Below, in pieces: positions 6,783 to 14,668 of a DNA stretch of 32,000 bases. The notes under the pieces were generated by a model, which was not told where the DNA came from, did no database searches, and saw only the letters and a list, made by a program, of their open reading frames with translations. Numbering within the stretch: position 1 is the first letter of the stretch; each line of letters begins with the position of its first letter. The translations under genes and the position numbers were made by a program. This DNA is from Aciduliprofundum boonei T469 (GTDB lineage: Archaea; Thermoplasmatota; Thermoplasmata; Thermoplasmatales; Aciduliprofundaceae), in contig NC_013926.1 of assembly GCF_000025665.1 (NCBI RefSeq), positions 960,001-992,000 on the forward strand. Reading direction: 5' to 3'.

Positions 6783-8110
6783 AACTCTACCTCCACTTCT
6801 TTGTGCTGATTTGGAACACTATGCTGGTTTGGAACATTTTGAGCGTGAGCTATTTCTTGGGGTTGCATTCCCGGACCCTTTGGTGCTTCCACTTCCTTGG
6901 AGTTCTCCTTCTCCTTTGCCATCTCTTTCTTCGCTTCTTTCATTAGTTTGGCTTCGTATTCTATCCTCTGTCGATCCACTTCGGAGATTGCGTGGTTTAT
7001 CGCTGGAACTTTCTCCAAGAGTTTCCTAACCGTTCTGTTCGTTTCGTGGAATAGTTTGTTTCCTGCCTTGTCCAAGTCCTCCTCCTTTTGAGCGTTGAGG
7101 AAAGTTAAAACATACTCTCCCCTTTTCTGCAATGCGTCTTTCGCTCCCATTCTGGACAAAATGGATATTGAGGTGCTTTCCACAACCGCTTCCTCAAAAT
7201 TGTTATCGGGCGTCATCATCCTTTCCTTGTGCCTTATTGCGTGTGCCAATTCGTGTATGAGTGTTCCAAGCATGTGATTGTAGCTCTTGCTCCTCACGAT
7301 TGTTATCTTTCCTTCTTTCATATCGTATTTCCCGTGATATTTCAACTTGTTAGTGTTGCCTATGGTGTAAATCTCCTCTACGGGTATGGGTGAGGAATCC
7401 CGTATCATCTCGTAGAATTTTCTATACTCGTTTCCCGTCAGGGTTTTGAACCGCAAATCTGGTAATGGCTTCCCGTGTGTATCGCTCTCTGCATAAACCT
7501 TCTCTGGCTTGAAATACATCCTTTCCCCTCTGGGAACTTTGGCAGTCATGTAGCCCCTTTTCAAGTCATAGTAAAGGTTCGTTAATGCTTTCTGATTATC
7601 TCCGTAATTCTCCGCTATTGCACCAGCCAAACCCATAGCACTTACCTTGTCCTGCTGCAATAGATTACCCACTTTCTCGTCCAACGCTTTGGCGAATTCC
7701 TGCGGAGATTTGGATTTTAGAGCCAATTCCCTTACATCCTTCAATTCCTGCGGTAAGTCCCTTTTCTGATATTCGTAGATAGTTTTTGGATTGGGTCTCC
7801 ATATCCAGATTGGCTGTGCGTCCTTGTTTATGTGCCTACCCAATTTCTCCCACTTGTAGCGTGGTAAAACTAATTCTCCCGTCTCTGCCAATTCTGGTTT
7901 CTGGGAGATTATTAGAAGGGTATTGTAGAGAGAATAGTTGTAGGATAGGTTCTTCACTTTGAGCAAGTCCTGTACCCTCTCAGATTTCGTTAACTCCTTC
8001 AGCCCCTCTTTGAACTTGGTGTTGAGGAACTTGCTTACATCGTCATAGTATCGCTTAACCTCCTCCTTCGAGTATCTCATCTTCTTCATTCTAACCATCC
8101 CTTCTGGCAT
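6779..8110 (-). CDS. ArdC-like protein: N-terminal ssDNA-binding-type domain plus HExxH metalloprotease domain
   Basis: YSLYNTLLIISQ ... LPRYKWEKLGRHINKDAQPIWIW follows the ArdC_N pattern (Y.G.N.LLL ... F.QW..LG..V.KGE...I). IHELAHAIRH supplies the HExxH motif (codons at 7241-7255). First gene of the operon; TTTTATATA box at ~8145-8155 on the - strand. Confidence 0.55.
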   Translation of the reverse strand: MPEGMVRMKKMRYSKEEVKRYYDDVSKFLNTKFKEGLKELTKSERVQDLLKVKNLSYNYSLYNTLLIISQKPELAETGELVLPRYKWEKLGRHINKDAQPIWIWRPNPKTIYEYQKRDLPQELKDVRELALKSKSPQEFAKALDEKVGNLLQQDKVSAMGLAGAIAENYGDNQKALTNLYYDLKRGYMTAKVPRGERMYFKPEKVYAESDTHGKPLPDLRFKTLTGNEYRKFYEMIRDSSPIPVEEIYTIGNTNKLKYHGKYDMKEGKITIVRSKSYNHMLGTLIHELAHAIRHKERMMTPDNNFEEAVVESTSISILSRMGAKDALQKRGEYVLTFLNAQKEEDLDKAGNKLFHETNRTVRKLLEKVPAINHAISEVDRQRIEYEAKLMKEAKKEMAKEKENSKEVEAPKGPGMQPQEIAHAQNVPNQHSVPNQHKEVEVEL

Positions 8111-8331
8111 TTGTTTCGATGTTCCCGATGTTTTTAGGAGGCCCTATATAAAATTGTCGATGAGCTTGAATGCAGGATTCTCTCTGTGTAGAACACATTC
8201 TCCTTGCAATCTCAAATTTTGAACCTCAATTTTTCTTCCTTCAGAATCAACAAAATCAGTATGTGCTAATATTTCTTCGGAGAAAGTATTATAATTAAGT
8301 ATACTTATTTTCTTCGAAGGAAGGTGATGTT

Positions 8332-10629
8332 ATGGAAAATCAGAAAGTAATTGATGATATAGAAGAAGCAATTGAAAAATTGATGACTCATGAACTTTTT
8401 AATGAAGCTTTTCAAAATGAAATGCTACCAAAATTAAATACTTTCAAAAATGATAAAGAGTACGTATATTCTACCTATGGAGAGAAGTTCAGAGATGTTA
8501 ACTCATTAGATGACAATACCTTAAAAAATCTCATTTCTAATTTCTTAAATAATTCTGAAAATAGACATTGGACCGGAATGCAATGGCAAAAAAATAAAAT
8601 CATAAAAAATATTGATAAATTAAGAAAAGCTCTTGTATATGCAGTTGAACACCATACTGATGATGATCCCATACCTATGCTCAAAGAATTTGAAAAGGTT
8701 CCTGGCATAAGTTATGGTATTTCAACTCCAATCCTACATGTGATGTATCCAGAGAGGTTTTGCCCTCTAAACGAAAAAACTTACAACGCCCTCATAATAA
8801 CTGGAGTTTATAATACTCTGAATCTTAGTACTACTAATAGGGGTACTCCAAAAAAGGATGGAATTAAAGATTACCCCAAAATTAATGAATTCTCTAAAAA
8901 ATTAGTTGAAAAAATAAGAGAGAAATATAATTTAGATGAAACTTTTAGTTTGTGGGAAGTGGACGCATTGTGGCACTTTATAAATGAGGCTAAGAAGAAG
9001 AGCGCTTCCGGCTGCTATTTGGAAATTATCAAGGTTCCTCGTAAAAGAGCCACTATAGATGTTTATAAAGAGACACTCATAGGAAAATATTTGTGGTGTC
9101 CAAACACAAAAGAGTATGTAAATGGTGAAAAGGGAGTTATGGAGAAAGTTAAGCCTGAGGACATTATAATCCATGATTGGGATGGTATAATATACGGGTA
9201 TTCAATAGTAGAGAAAGAGCCTGAAAGTGTCTCTAAGGAAGATTTGATAAAAATTTTTGAAAATGAGAGGTTTCTAAACGACAGTTATAAAGAAGCTATT
9301 GAAAAATATACATCTAAAAATATCAAAGGATTTTACATCGTTAAACTTAAGAATTTCAGTAGATTTGAGAAAGAATTTAGGTATTCTGAGGTTGAGGGAT
9401 TACCAGAACAACAGAATTTACAACGTTTAAGGGGAAAATATTTACTGGAGCTTGATAAGGATGTATGTGAATATTTTGGAATAATGCAAGATGGGCCACC
9501 TAAAGAGATCCAATTTGAAAAAGAGATAGGAACTCTCTTAAATGCAAAAAATCAGGTTATTCTCTATGGTCCACCCGGCACGGGTAAGACATGGATTGCA
9601 AGAAATTATGCCCTAAATGGAGTAGGAGAAAACAACGATCGTGTGGCATTCGTAACATTCCATCCATCCTTTTCATATGAGGATTTCGTAGAGAGCATAA
9701 AACCGAATGCTGATGAAGACGAATTGAGATTCAGAATTGAAGAAGGGATATTCAAGAGGATAGCAAGAAATGCGTACAATGCACTTTTAGAGTATGCTGG
9801 TGTTCATGTTTCTAAGAGATGGGATGCGAATGGTGAATTGCCCGATTTAGAGGATGAGGAGAGAAACAAAGTAAAAGATGTCCTTGATAAGGAGGATTTT
9901 CCAAAATTCTATATCATCATTGATGAGATTAACAGAGGAGATGTAAGCAAGATATTTGGGGAGCTCATAACTTTGCTGGAGAAAGACAAGCGTCTGTTTA
10001 TGGAAAATGAGATGATAGTAAGACTTCCTTATTCTAAAAAGAAATTCGGTGTGCCTCCGAATCTTTACATCATAGGCACAATGAACACTGCAGATAGGAG
10101 CATAGCGCTTATGGATGTGGCTCTGAGGAGAAGATTTGCTTTCTTGGAGATTATGCCCTCATACACCGTTCTTCTTAAATATCTTGGAATATCAAATGTT
10201 AATAAAGAAGATGATGCTGTTAAAGAGATAAAGGACTGGAAGGGAGATGATTTAAGAGATATCAAAAAACTTGCAATAAAAGCTTTATACACAATTAACG
10301 AAGAAATCAAAAAGAATTACGACAGAGACCACCAGATAGGACATTCTTACTATTTGCAGCTCAAAGATGCAACGACAGAGGATGAGCTTAAGAGCAAACT
10401 GAAATATATCTGGCTCTACGAAATTCTACCTTTACTGCAGGAGTACTTCTACGGCTCAAATGAGAACTTAGAGAAAATACTATACCCATGCAATAAGAGT
10501 GGGAATGTAGAAAATGATGTTATTGGATGCTATAAGAGAGATATAATGAGAGAGGATAAAAGTTGGAGCGTAGCGAAGTTCTTCGATGCTATAATTAATC
10601 ATAAAAAGCCCTCAGAAAAAAATGAGTGA
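8332..10629 (+). CDS. mcrB: McrB-family AAA+ GTPase (type IV restriction) with a long (~420 aa) N-terminal sensor region
   Basis: LYGPPGTGKTW (Walker A, ~9568-9591), FHPSFSYEDFVE, IIIDEINRGDVSKIFGELITLLEKDKR and IIGTMNTADRSIALMDVALRRRFAF are the McrB signature blocks. RBS GGAAGGTGA precedes the ATG. Confidence 0.85.
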   Translation: MENQKVIDDIEEAIEKLMTHELFNEAFQNEMLPKLNTFKNDKEYVYSTYGEKFRDVNSLDDNTLKNLISNFLNNSENRHWTGMQWQKNKIIKNIDKLRKALVYAVEHHTDDDPIPMLKEFEKVPGISYGISTPILHVMYPERFCPLNEKTYNALIITGVYNTLNLSTTNRGTPKKDGIKDYPKINEFSKKLVEKIREKYNLDETFSLWEVDALWHFINEAKKKSASGCYLEIIKVPRKRATIDVYKETLIGKYLWCPNTKEYVNGEKGVMEKVKPEDIIIHDWDGIIYGYSIVEKEPESVSKEDLIKIFENERFLNDSYKEAIEKYTSKNIKGFYIVKLKNFSRFEKEFRYSEVEGLPEQQNLQRLRGKYLLELDKDVCEYFGIMQDGPPKEIQFEKEIGTLLNAKNQVILYGPPGTGKTWIARNYALNGVGENNDRVAFVTFHPSFSYEDFVESIKPNADEDELRFRIEEGIFKRIARNAYNALLEYAGVHVSKRWDANGELPDLEDEERNKVKDVLDKEDFPKFYIIIDEINRGDVSKIFGELITLLEKDKRLFMENEMIVRLPYSKKKFGVPPNLYIIGTMNTADRSIALMDVALRRRFAFLEIMPSYTVLLKYLGISNVNKEDDAVKEIKDWKGDDLRDIKKLAIKALYTINEEIKKNYDRDHQIGHSYYLQLKDATTEDELKSKLKYIWLYEILPLLQEYFYGSNENLEKILYPCNKSGNVENDVIGCYKRDIMREDKSWSVAKFFDAIINHKKPSEKNE

Positions 10630-12017
10630 TACACATGGCCTATTTAGAACTGCTAGAATACAAAGAAAAAGAGCTTGAAATAGTCAAAGAGAAACTCTGG
10701 GATGGTGGGAAAAATACCATTGGTGATAGAACTTTAGATTTGCTCAAAGAGGTGAATGAGAAATTTGTAGATGAGGAAACAGGTACAAAGAAAGAGTTTC
10801 TAGACATCCGAGAATACTCCGAAAAGAGAAAAGTAAAAATTAAAGCCAAAAACTGGGTTGGATTGGTTAGCATAAATGACTGGACCATGGAAATTTTGCC
10901 TAAATTTATTTATAATCTCAAAGAAGAGGAAGACTTAAAAAATAATCGAGATGGAATAATAAAGAACCTCGTGAAAATGTTGCAGATTGCATGGAACTTG
11001 CCAATAAGAGACGTGGATATATCCTCACTAAAGATAGGAGAAAATTCCATATTTGAGGTATTGCTCACCATTTATTCAATAAAGCTCTTGGATGCCATAA
11101 AAGAGGGTTTGTACAAGGAATACATAAGAGTTTCAGATGACTTGCATTATGTAAAGGGACAGATAGATTTTGCAAAGTACTCTCGTAGATGGGAAAGAAG
11201 GCATATTATACCCGTGAATTACAACGATAGAAATCCAGACAATTTGATAAATAGAACACTTAAGTATGCAGCATACCTTGCTTCTCTATATACCCGTAAT
11301 TCCATGAATTTCTCCAATTTAAAAATGGCAGAGAATCTAATGGACTCGGTTTCTCTTGTTCCCGTTAGTGCATCTGAAATCGATTCAATAACCTTTACAA
11401 GGTTAAATGAGGGATACAAACCCTTAATCAATCTGGCTAGGGTTATAATTACAAATTTGAGTCCAGAGTTCACTGGAGGAAAAAAGGATGTGTTTGCATT
11501 TTTAATCCCTATGGAGAAGGTGTTTGAGAGATTCATAGCCAATTCGATAGTACAGAACAAATCCAAGGTTTTGGGAAATGATTGTAAAAGTTGTGAAGTA
11601 TATGTCCAAGGAGCAGATCAAAAAAAGCATCTTCTTAAAGGGAGCAGATTCATGTTAATACCTGATATAATGATAAAAATAAATGGCAAAAGGTACATCA
11701 TAGATACCAAGTACAAGCTTTTGGATACAGAGGATGAGAAAAAGTATGGTGTATCACAAAGTGATGTTTATCAGATGCTTGCCTATGCTTATGCCTATGA
11801 TACACCTAAAATTATGTTATTGTACCCAAAGGGTGTTGGTGATTTTGATAAGAAAGAATGGGAGTTTGAAAACATAAATTCTAAATTAGCAGGAAAAAAG
11901 TTGATAATAGAAACAATAGATTTAATGAAATATGATTTAGTAAAGGAGTATGATAAATTCTTGGAGGAGCTTAATAAGAAAATAGATGAACTTACCAAGA
12001 AAGAAAATACTTCGTAA
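10626..12017 (+). CDS. mcrC: McrC-family PD-(D/E)XK endonuclease subunit
   Basis: LIPDIMIKINGKRYIIDTKYK (D...D.K core) followed by SDVYQMLAYAYAY is typical of McrC. The start overlaps the mcrB stop; an alternative ATG lies at 10635. Confidence 0.8.
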   Translation: MIHMAYLELLEYKEKELEIVKEKLWDGGKNTIGDRTLDLLKEVNEKFVDEETGTKKEFLDIREYSEKRKVKIKAKNWVGLVSINDWTMEILPKFIYNLKEEEDLKNNRDGIIKNLVKMLQIAWNLPIRDVDISSLKIGENSIFEVLLTIYSIKLLDAIKEGLYKEYIRVSDDLHYVKGQIDFAKYSRRWERRHIIPVNYNDRNPDNLINRTLKYAAYLASLYTRNSMNFSNLKMAENLMDSVSLVPVSASEIDSITFTRLNEGYKPLINLARVIITNLSPEFTGGKKDVFAFLIPMEKVFERFIANSIVQNKSKVLGNDCKSCEVYVQGADQKKHLLKGSRFMLIPDIMIKINGKRYIIDTKYKLLDTEDEKKYGVSQSDVYQMLAYAYAYDTPKIMLLYPKGVGDFDKKEWEFENINSKLAGKKLIIETIDLMKYDLVKEYDKFLEELNKKIDELTKKENTS

Positions 12018-12031
12018 CAAAGCTTTTATTT
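12004..12031 (+). promoter_or_regulatory. conserved promoter element, copy 1 (AAAATACTTCGTAACAAAGCTTTTATTT)
   Basis: Shares the ATACTTCGT(G/A)A core plus a T-rich TATA-like box with copies at 12470, 16477 and 31883 (-). The ATG at 12053 is ~22 nt downstream, consistent with a leaderless mRNA. Confidence 0.45.
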
Positions 12032-12052
12032 CCTCGAACATAGTAATAGAAT

Positions 12053-12457
12053 ATGACTTTGCATATTATGTACAATCATAAATGTCCAAAATGCGGTGCT
12101 TATTATATCCCCTACGATGAGGATGTACCTTGTCCAAATTGCGGCTATGTGGAGAAAGATAGAGTTGATTTTATACCAAGAGCCGTGGAATCGTTGAAAT
12201 TCAACTATGAGGCTTATGGATCATACATACCATTCGCATGGTGGATTAGCTCACTTGGAGATTACATCATGGATATTCTTTTCTCAATGTTCCAAGATTA
12301 TGAAGATTCTGGAGCTGAGGATTTTAGCAAGTTTGCCAGAGAATTTTTATCAAAAATAAATTGGAGAGATAACAAGTACATGGAAGAACACATTTACAAT
12401 ATTGCTCTGCGCGTTTATGAAGAACTAGAGAAGGGAAAAGAATCAACAACTCTTTAG
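12053..12457 (+). CDS. zinc-ribbon protein, function unknown
   Basis: N-terminal CPKCG..(13)..CPNCG zinc ribbon. 134-aa ORF with its own copy of the promoter element. Confidence 0.55.
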   Translation: MTLHIMYNHKCPKCGAYYIPYDEDVPCPNCGYVEKDRVDFIPRAVESLKFNYEAYGSYIPFAWWISSLGDYIMDILFSMFQDYEDSGAEDFSKFAREFLSKINWRDNKYMEEHIYNIALRVYEELEKGKESTTL

Positions 12458-12469
12458 TTTACTACAACA

Positions 12470-12497
12470 AAAATACTTCGTGAGAAGCTTTTTATTC
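12470..12497 (+). promoter_or_regulatory. conserved promoter element, copy 2 (AAAATACTTCGTGAGAAGCTTTTTATTC)
   Basis: 12 nt identical to copy 1, followed by a TATA-like TTTTTATT. GGAGGT lies at 12518-12523 and the ATG at 12531. Confidence 0.45.
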
Positions 12498-12530
12498 GCC
12501 CCTTCTCTAACTTTCATGGAGGTAAGAAAT

Positions 12531-13193
12531 ATGGGTAAGGAATTAGATGAGAAGGATGCGGATGCGTTTCTCGGTGCAGGCTGGGAAGATGTGAGATACA
12601 AGGTGCCAAAAGGCAAATTTAGAGTTGCTCTGATAGATATGTTTGACTACACTACCACTATAATTGGAGATTTTGATGATGAAAGCTCTGCAAAAAAGTA
12701 TGTGCTTGATAATGAAGATTTGCTTGGGGGTTACGAAAGCTTGGTTATCTACAATGATGAGGGCAAGCTCGTGTACGATTCTGATTGGAGAGAGGAGAAA
12801 GTAGATGATGAAACTTTGAATAAATTCATAAAAATGGTGCGTGATGAACTTGGTAGCAAGGGATATGAAGAGTATGTCAAATCCTCATTGTTGATATCGG
12901 ATAAGAGCGTGAAATCCATGGATGATATAACCAAAACGGCACTTGAGGTGGATGGCACCGTCCAAGACAAGCTCAAAAACCTGTTTTTCATCCAAGCTTT
13001 TATGGGGTTGGTGAATGTGGAGCTTGGAGCTTTCATAAAATCGGCAGGAATGGAGATAGAGGCAGGCGGGTTCAAGGATCCAAAGGAGGTATACGAGCAC
13101 ATAGGAGATGTGGACGAGCTCACGGATGATGTGATATCCCTCGTATCCCTCGCTGGGCTCAAGTTCGGATACGACTTCAAGCATGGCAACTGA
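12531..13193 (+). CDS. hypothetical protein
   Basis: ATG at 12531, 7 nt after GGAGGT, preferred over the track start at 12480 (which lies inside the promoter element). 220 aa with no motif recognised. Confidence 0.55.
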   Translation: MGKELDEKDADAFLGAGWEDVRYKVPKGKFRVALIDMFDYTTTIIGDFDDESSAKKYVLDNEDLLGGYESLVIYNDEGKLVYDSDWREEKVDDETLNKFIKMVRDELGSKGYEEYVKSSLLISDKSVKSMDDITKTALEVDGTVQDKLKNLFFIQAFMGLVNVELGAFIKSAGMEIEAGGFKDPKEVYEHIGDVDELTDDVISLVSLAGLKFGYDFKHGN

Positions 13194-13334
13194 AGAGAGA
13201 AAGAATGCACATCCTCTACACTGCAAAGTCCTTTACTTTTTCTCTTTTTTACTTCAACGGGAAATGTAATAAATGATGTACATCCCTAAAATGCCGTGTA
13301 AATCTTATTCTCCTCGCAATTCAACGCAAATCTT

Positions 13335-13386
13335 GGACATTCCCTTATTATTTATAATAAATATATAGCAAGATAAGGAGATGTCC
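13335..13386. repeat. 14-bp imperfect inverted repeat flanking an AT-rich core (candidate oriT/operator)
   Basis: GGACATTCCCTTAT (13335-13348) pairs with ATAAGGAGATGTCC (13373-13386) at 12/14. The 24-nt loop is TATTTATAATAAATATATAGCAAG. Lies in the 451-bp non-coding gap upstream of the RHH-relaxase-T4CP operon. Confidence 0.4.
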
Positions 13387-13644
13387 AAAAATAGAGGGGA
13401 CTTGCATAAAAAATGAGTGAATTACACGATTTCTTGAATGTTCAAAATGGGCAAAATTCCTTACTGGCATGTTCAAAAATGTGGAAGTTTTTCATGGAGA
13501 GAATGGATTCAAAAGGAAATTCTTGATGTACATAATTTGAGGTTCAAATTCTCAAATTGAAAAGAGAAGTAGTGTAGAACAGGGAAAATTGAATGTTGCT
13601 AGACATAGACAATTTTAAATAGGGGTTCTAAAGAGAGAGAAGAG

Positions 13645-14145
13645 GTGATGAAAATGGAAGCGGGGCACGAACAAGCACATCTTCATATTGTACTGAGCAG
13701 CAAGTTGAAAGAGGATTTAGACACCATTGCGAGAATGAAGAACACCAGCACGAATAAGATTGTGAGAGAGGCATTGAAGCTCTATGTGCAAGAGGAGTTC
13801 TACAAGAAGGCGGGGTACATATCGAACATAGATAAGATGGTGGGCATGGCAGTGGCAACGGAGCTTTATCCAGAGCTGGAGGAGATAAAGAACAGGCTGG
13901 ACATGATTGCGGATTTTGTCCAGACACAGAGCTCACAGGTTGAAGAGTCTCCGGCTAAAGAAGAGAAGAAAGAAAAAATAGATTTTCCAAGGGTACCGGG
14001 ACTGCACTACAAGGTGGATGGAAACAATGTAATCTATGAGGACGGCTCAATCTACAATCTTTACCTTGGAGCTTGGCTGGTGACGAAAGAGGAAGTTGCC
14101 AAGTGGAAAAGGAAGAAGGAAAGAGAAAGGAATTTGCTGGGGTGA
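13645..14145 (+). CDS. ribbon-helix-helix (CopG/Arc/MetJ-type) DNA-binding protein, putative relaxosome accessory factor/regulator
   Basis: HLHIVLSSKLKEDLDTIARMKNTSTNKIVREALKLYV is a classic RHH beta-alpha-alpha segment. GAGGTGA RBS upstream; the true start may be the ATG at 13648 or 13654. Confidence 0.65.
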   Translation: MMKMEAGHEQAHLHIVLSSKLKEDLDTIARMKNTSTNKIVREALKLYVQEEFYKKAGYISNIDKMVGMAVATELYPELEEIKNRLDMIADFVQTQSSQVEESPAKEEKKEKIDFPRVPGLHYKVDGNNVIYEDGSIYNLYLGAWLVTKEEVAKWKRKKERERNLLG

Positions 14146-14149
14146 GAAA

Positions 14150-14668
14150 ATGATAACCAAAACGAAATTCTCAACAGGCAAGGATGCCGCGATAAAGTTG
14201 GCAAGGTACATAGAGAGAGGAATGAGCAATAACAGAGTTTATACAAGGTTATACTACGAATTTAAACCTGCGAATGATAGAGATTTAAAAGAGTTCGTGG
14301 AGGTTTCACGGGGAGCAGATGAGGACGTCCCTGCTGTCAGGCACATGATTATTGCACCAGAGAGGTTCTACGATGAAAGGCAACTGCATTATTTAGTTAT
14401 GAAAACATTACACGACTGGAGAATAGAGTCCAGAAACTATGGAATTAGATTTCTTTGGGGATTGCATTACAACACGGAGCATCCTCACAGCCACATAGGA
14501 ATGGTATCTCCATACTCAGAGGAGTTAGTCATGGAAAGGGAGGATCTGAAAGAATTCAACAAGATTGTGGAGGAAGTGTTTGGAGAGAAGCTCAAGAGCG
14601 AGAAGAAAATAGAGGAGGAGATGGAAAGAGAGATAAAAGAAGCGGAGGAGTTTGAGGTTGGAGTATAA
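14150..14668 (+). CDS. minimal MOBQ-like relaxase / mobilisation nuclease domain protein
   Basis: LWGLHYNTEHPHSHIGMVS resembles the relaxase histidine-triad motif (H.....(N/H)PH.H..(I/M)(I/V)S, as in RSF1010 MobA). N-terminal KFSTGKDAAIKLARYIERG resembles the catalytic-Tyr segment (..A.YI.RE). ATG at 14150 follows GGGGTGA. Confidence 0.55.
   Translation: MITKTKFSTGKDAAIKLARYIERGMSNNRVYTRLYYEFKPANDRDLKEFVEVSRGADEDVPAVRHMIIAPERFYDERQLHYLVMKTLHDWRIESRNYGIRFLWGLHYNTEHPHSHIGMVSPYSEELVMEREDLKEFNKIVEEVFGEKLKSEKKIEEEMEREIKEAEEFEVGV

Noticed and set aside
5946-7277. Plus-strand ORFs 5946..6440, 6079..6408, 6425..6634, 6775..7029, 6897..7091 and 7095..7277, and the alternative - frame ORF 6410..6616
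   Set aside because: They are antisense or out of frame to the tightly coupled minus-strand operon. Their translations are low-complexity and Ser/Leu/Pro-rich, and they lack RBS context. They are shadows of a purine-rich coding strand.
13381-13560. Short ORFs in the 451-bp gap: an 11-codon ORF after AAGGAG at 13381, and a 37-codon ORF starting MSELHDFLNVQNG at ~13413
   Set aside because: They are too short and poorly supported. The region is treated as regulatory or oriT-like instead.
12749-13936. Minus-strand ORFs 12749..13210, 12885..13226 and 13628..13936
   Set aside because: They are antisense to better-supported + strand genes (12531..13193 and the RHH gene). Their composition is Ser/Pro/Cys-rich and there are no upstream signals.
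14128-14152. Resemblance of the duplicated CRISPR-1 spacer (..GAGGTGAGAAAAATG) to the RHH/relaxase junction (..GGGGTGAGAAAATG)
   Set aside because: The match is limited to the Shine-Dalgarno sequence, spacer and ATG, which recur at many junctions. The flanking bases do not align.
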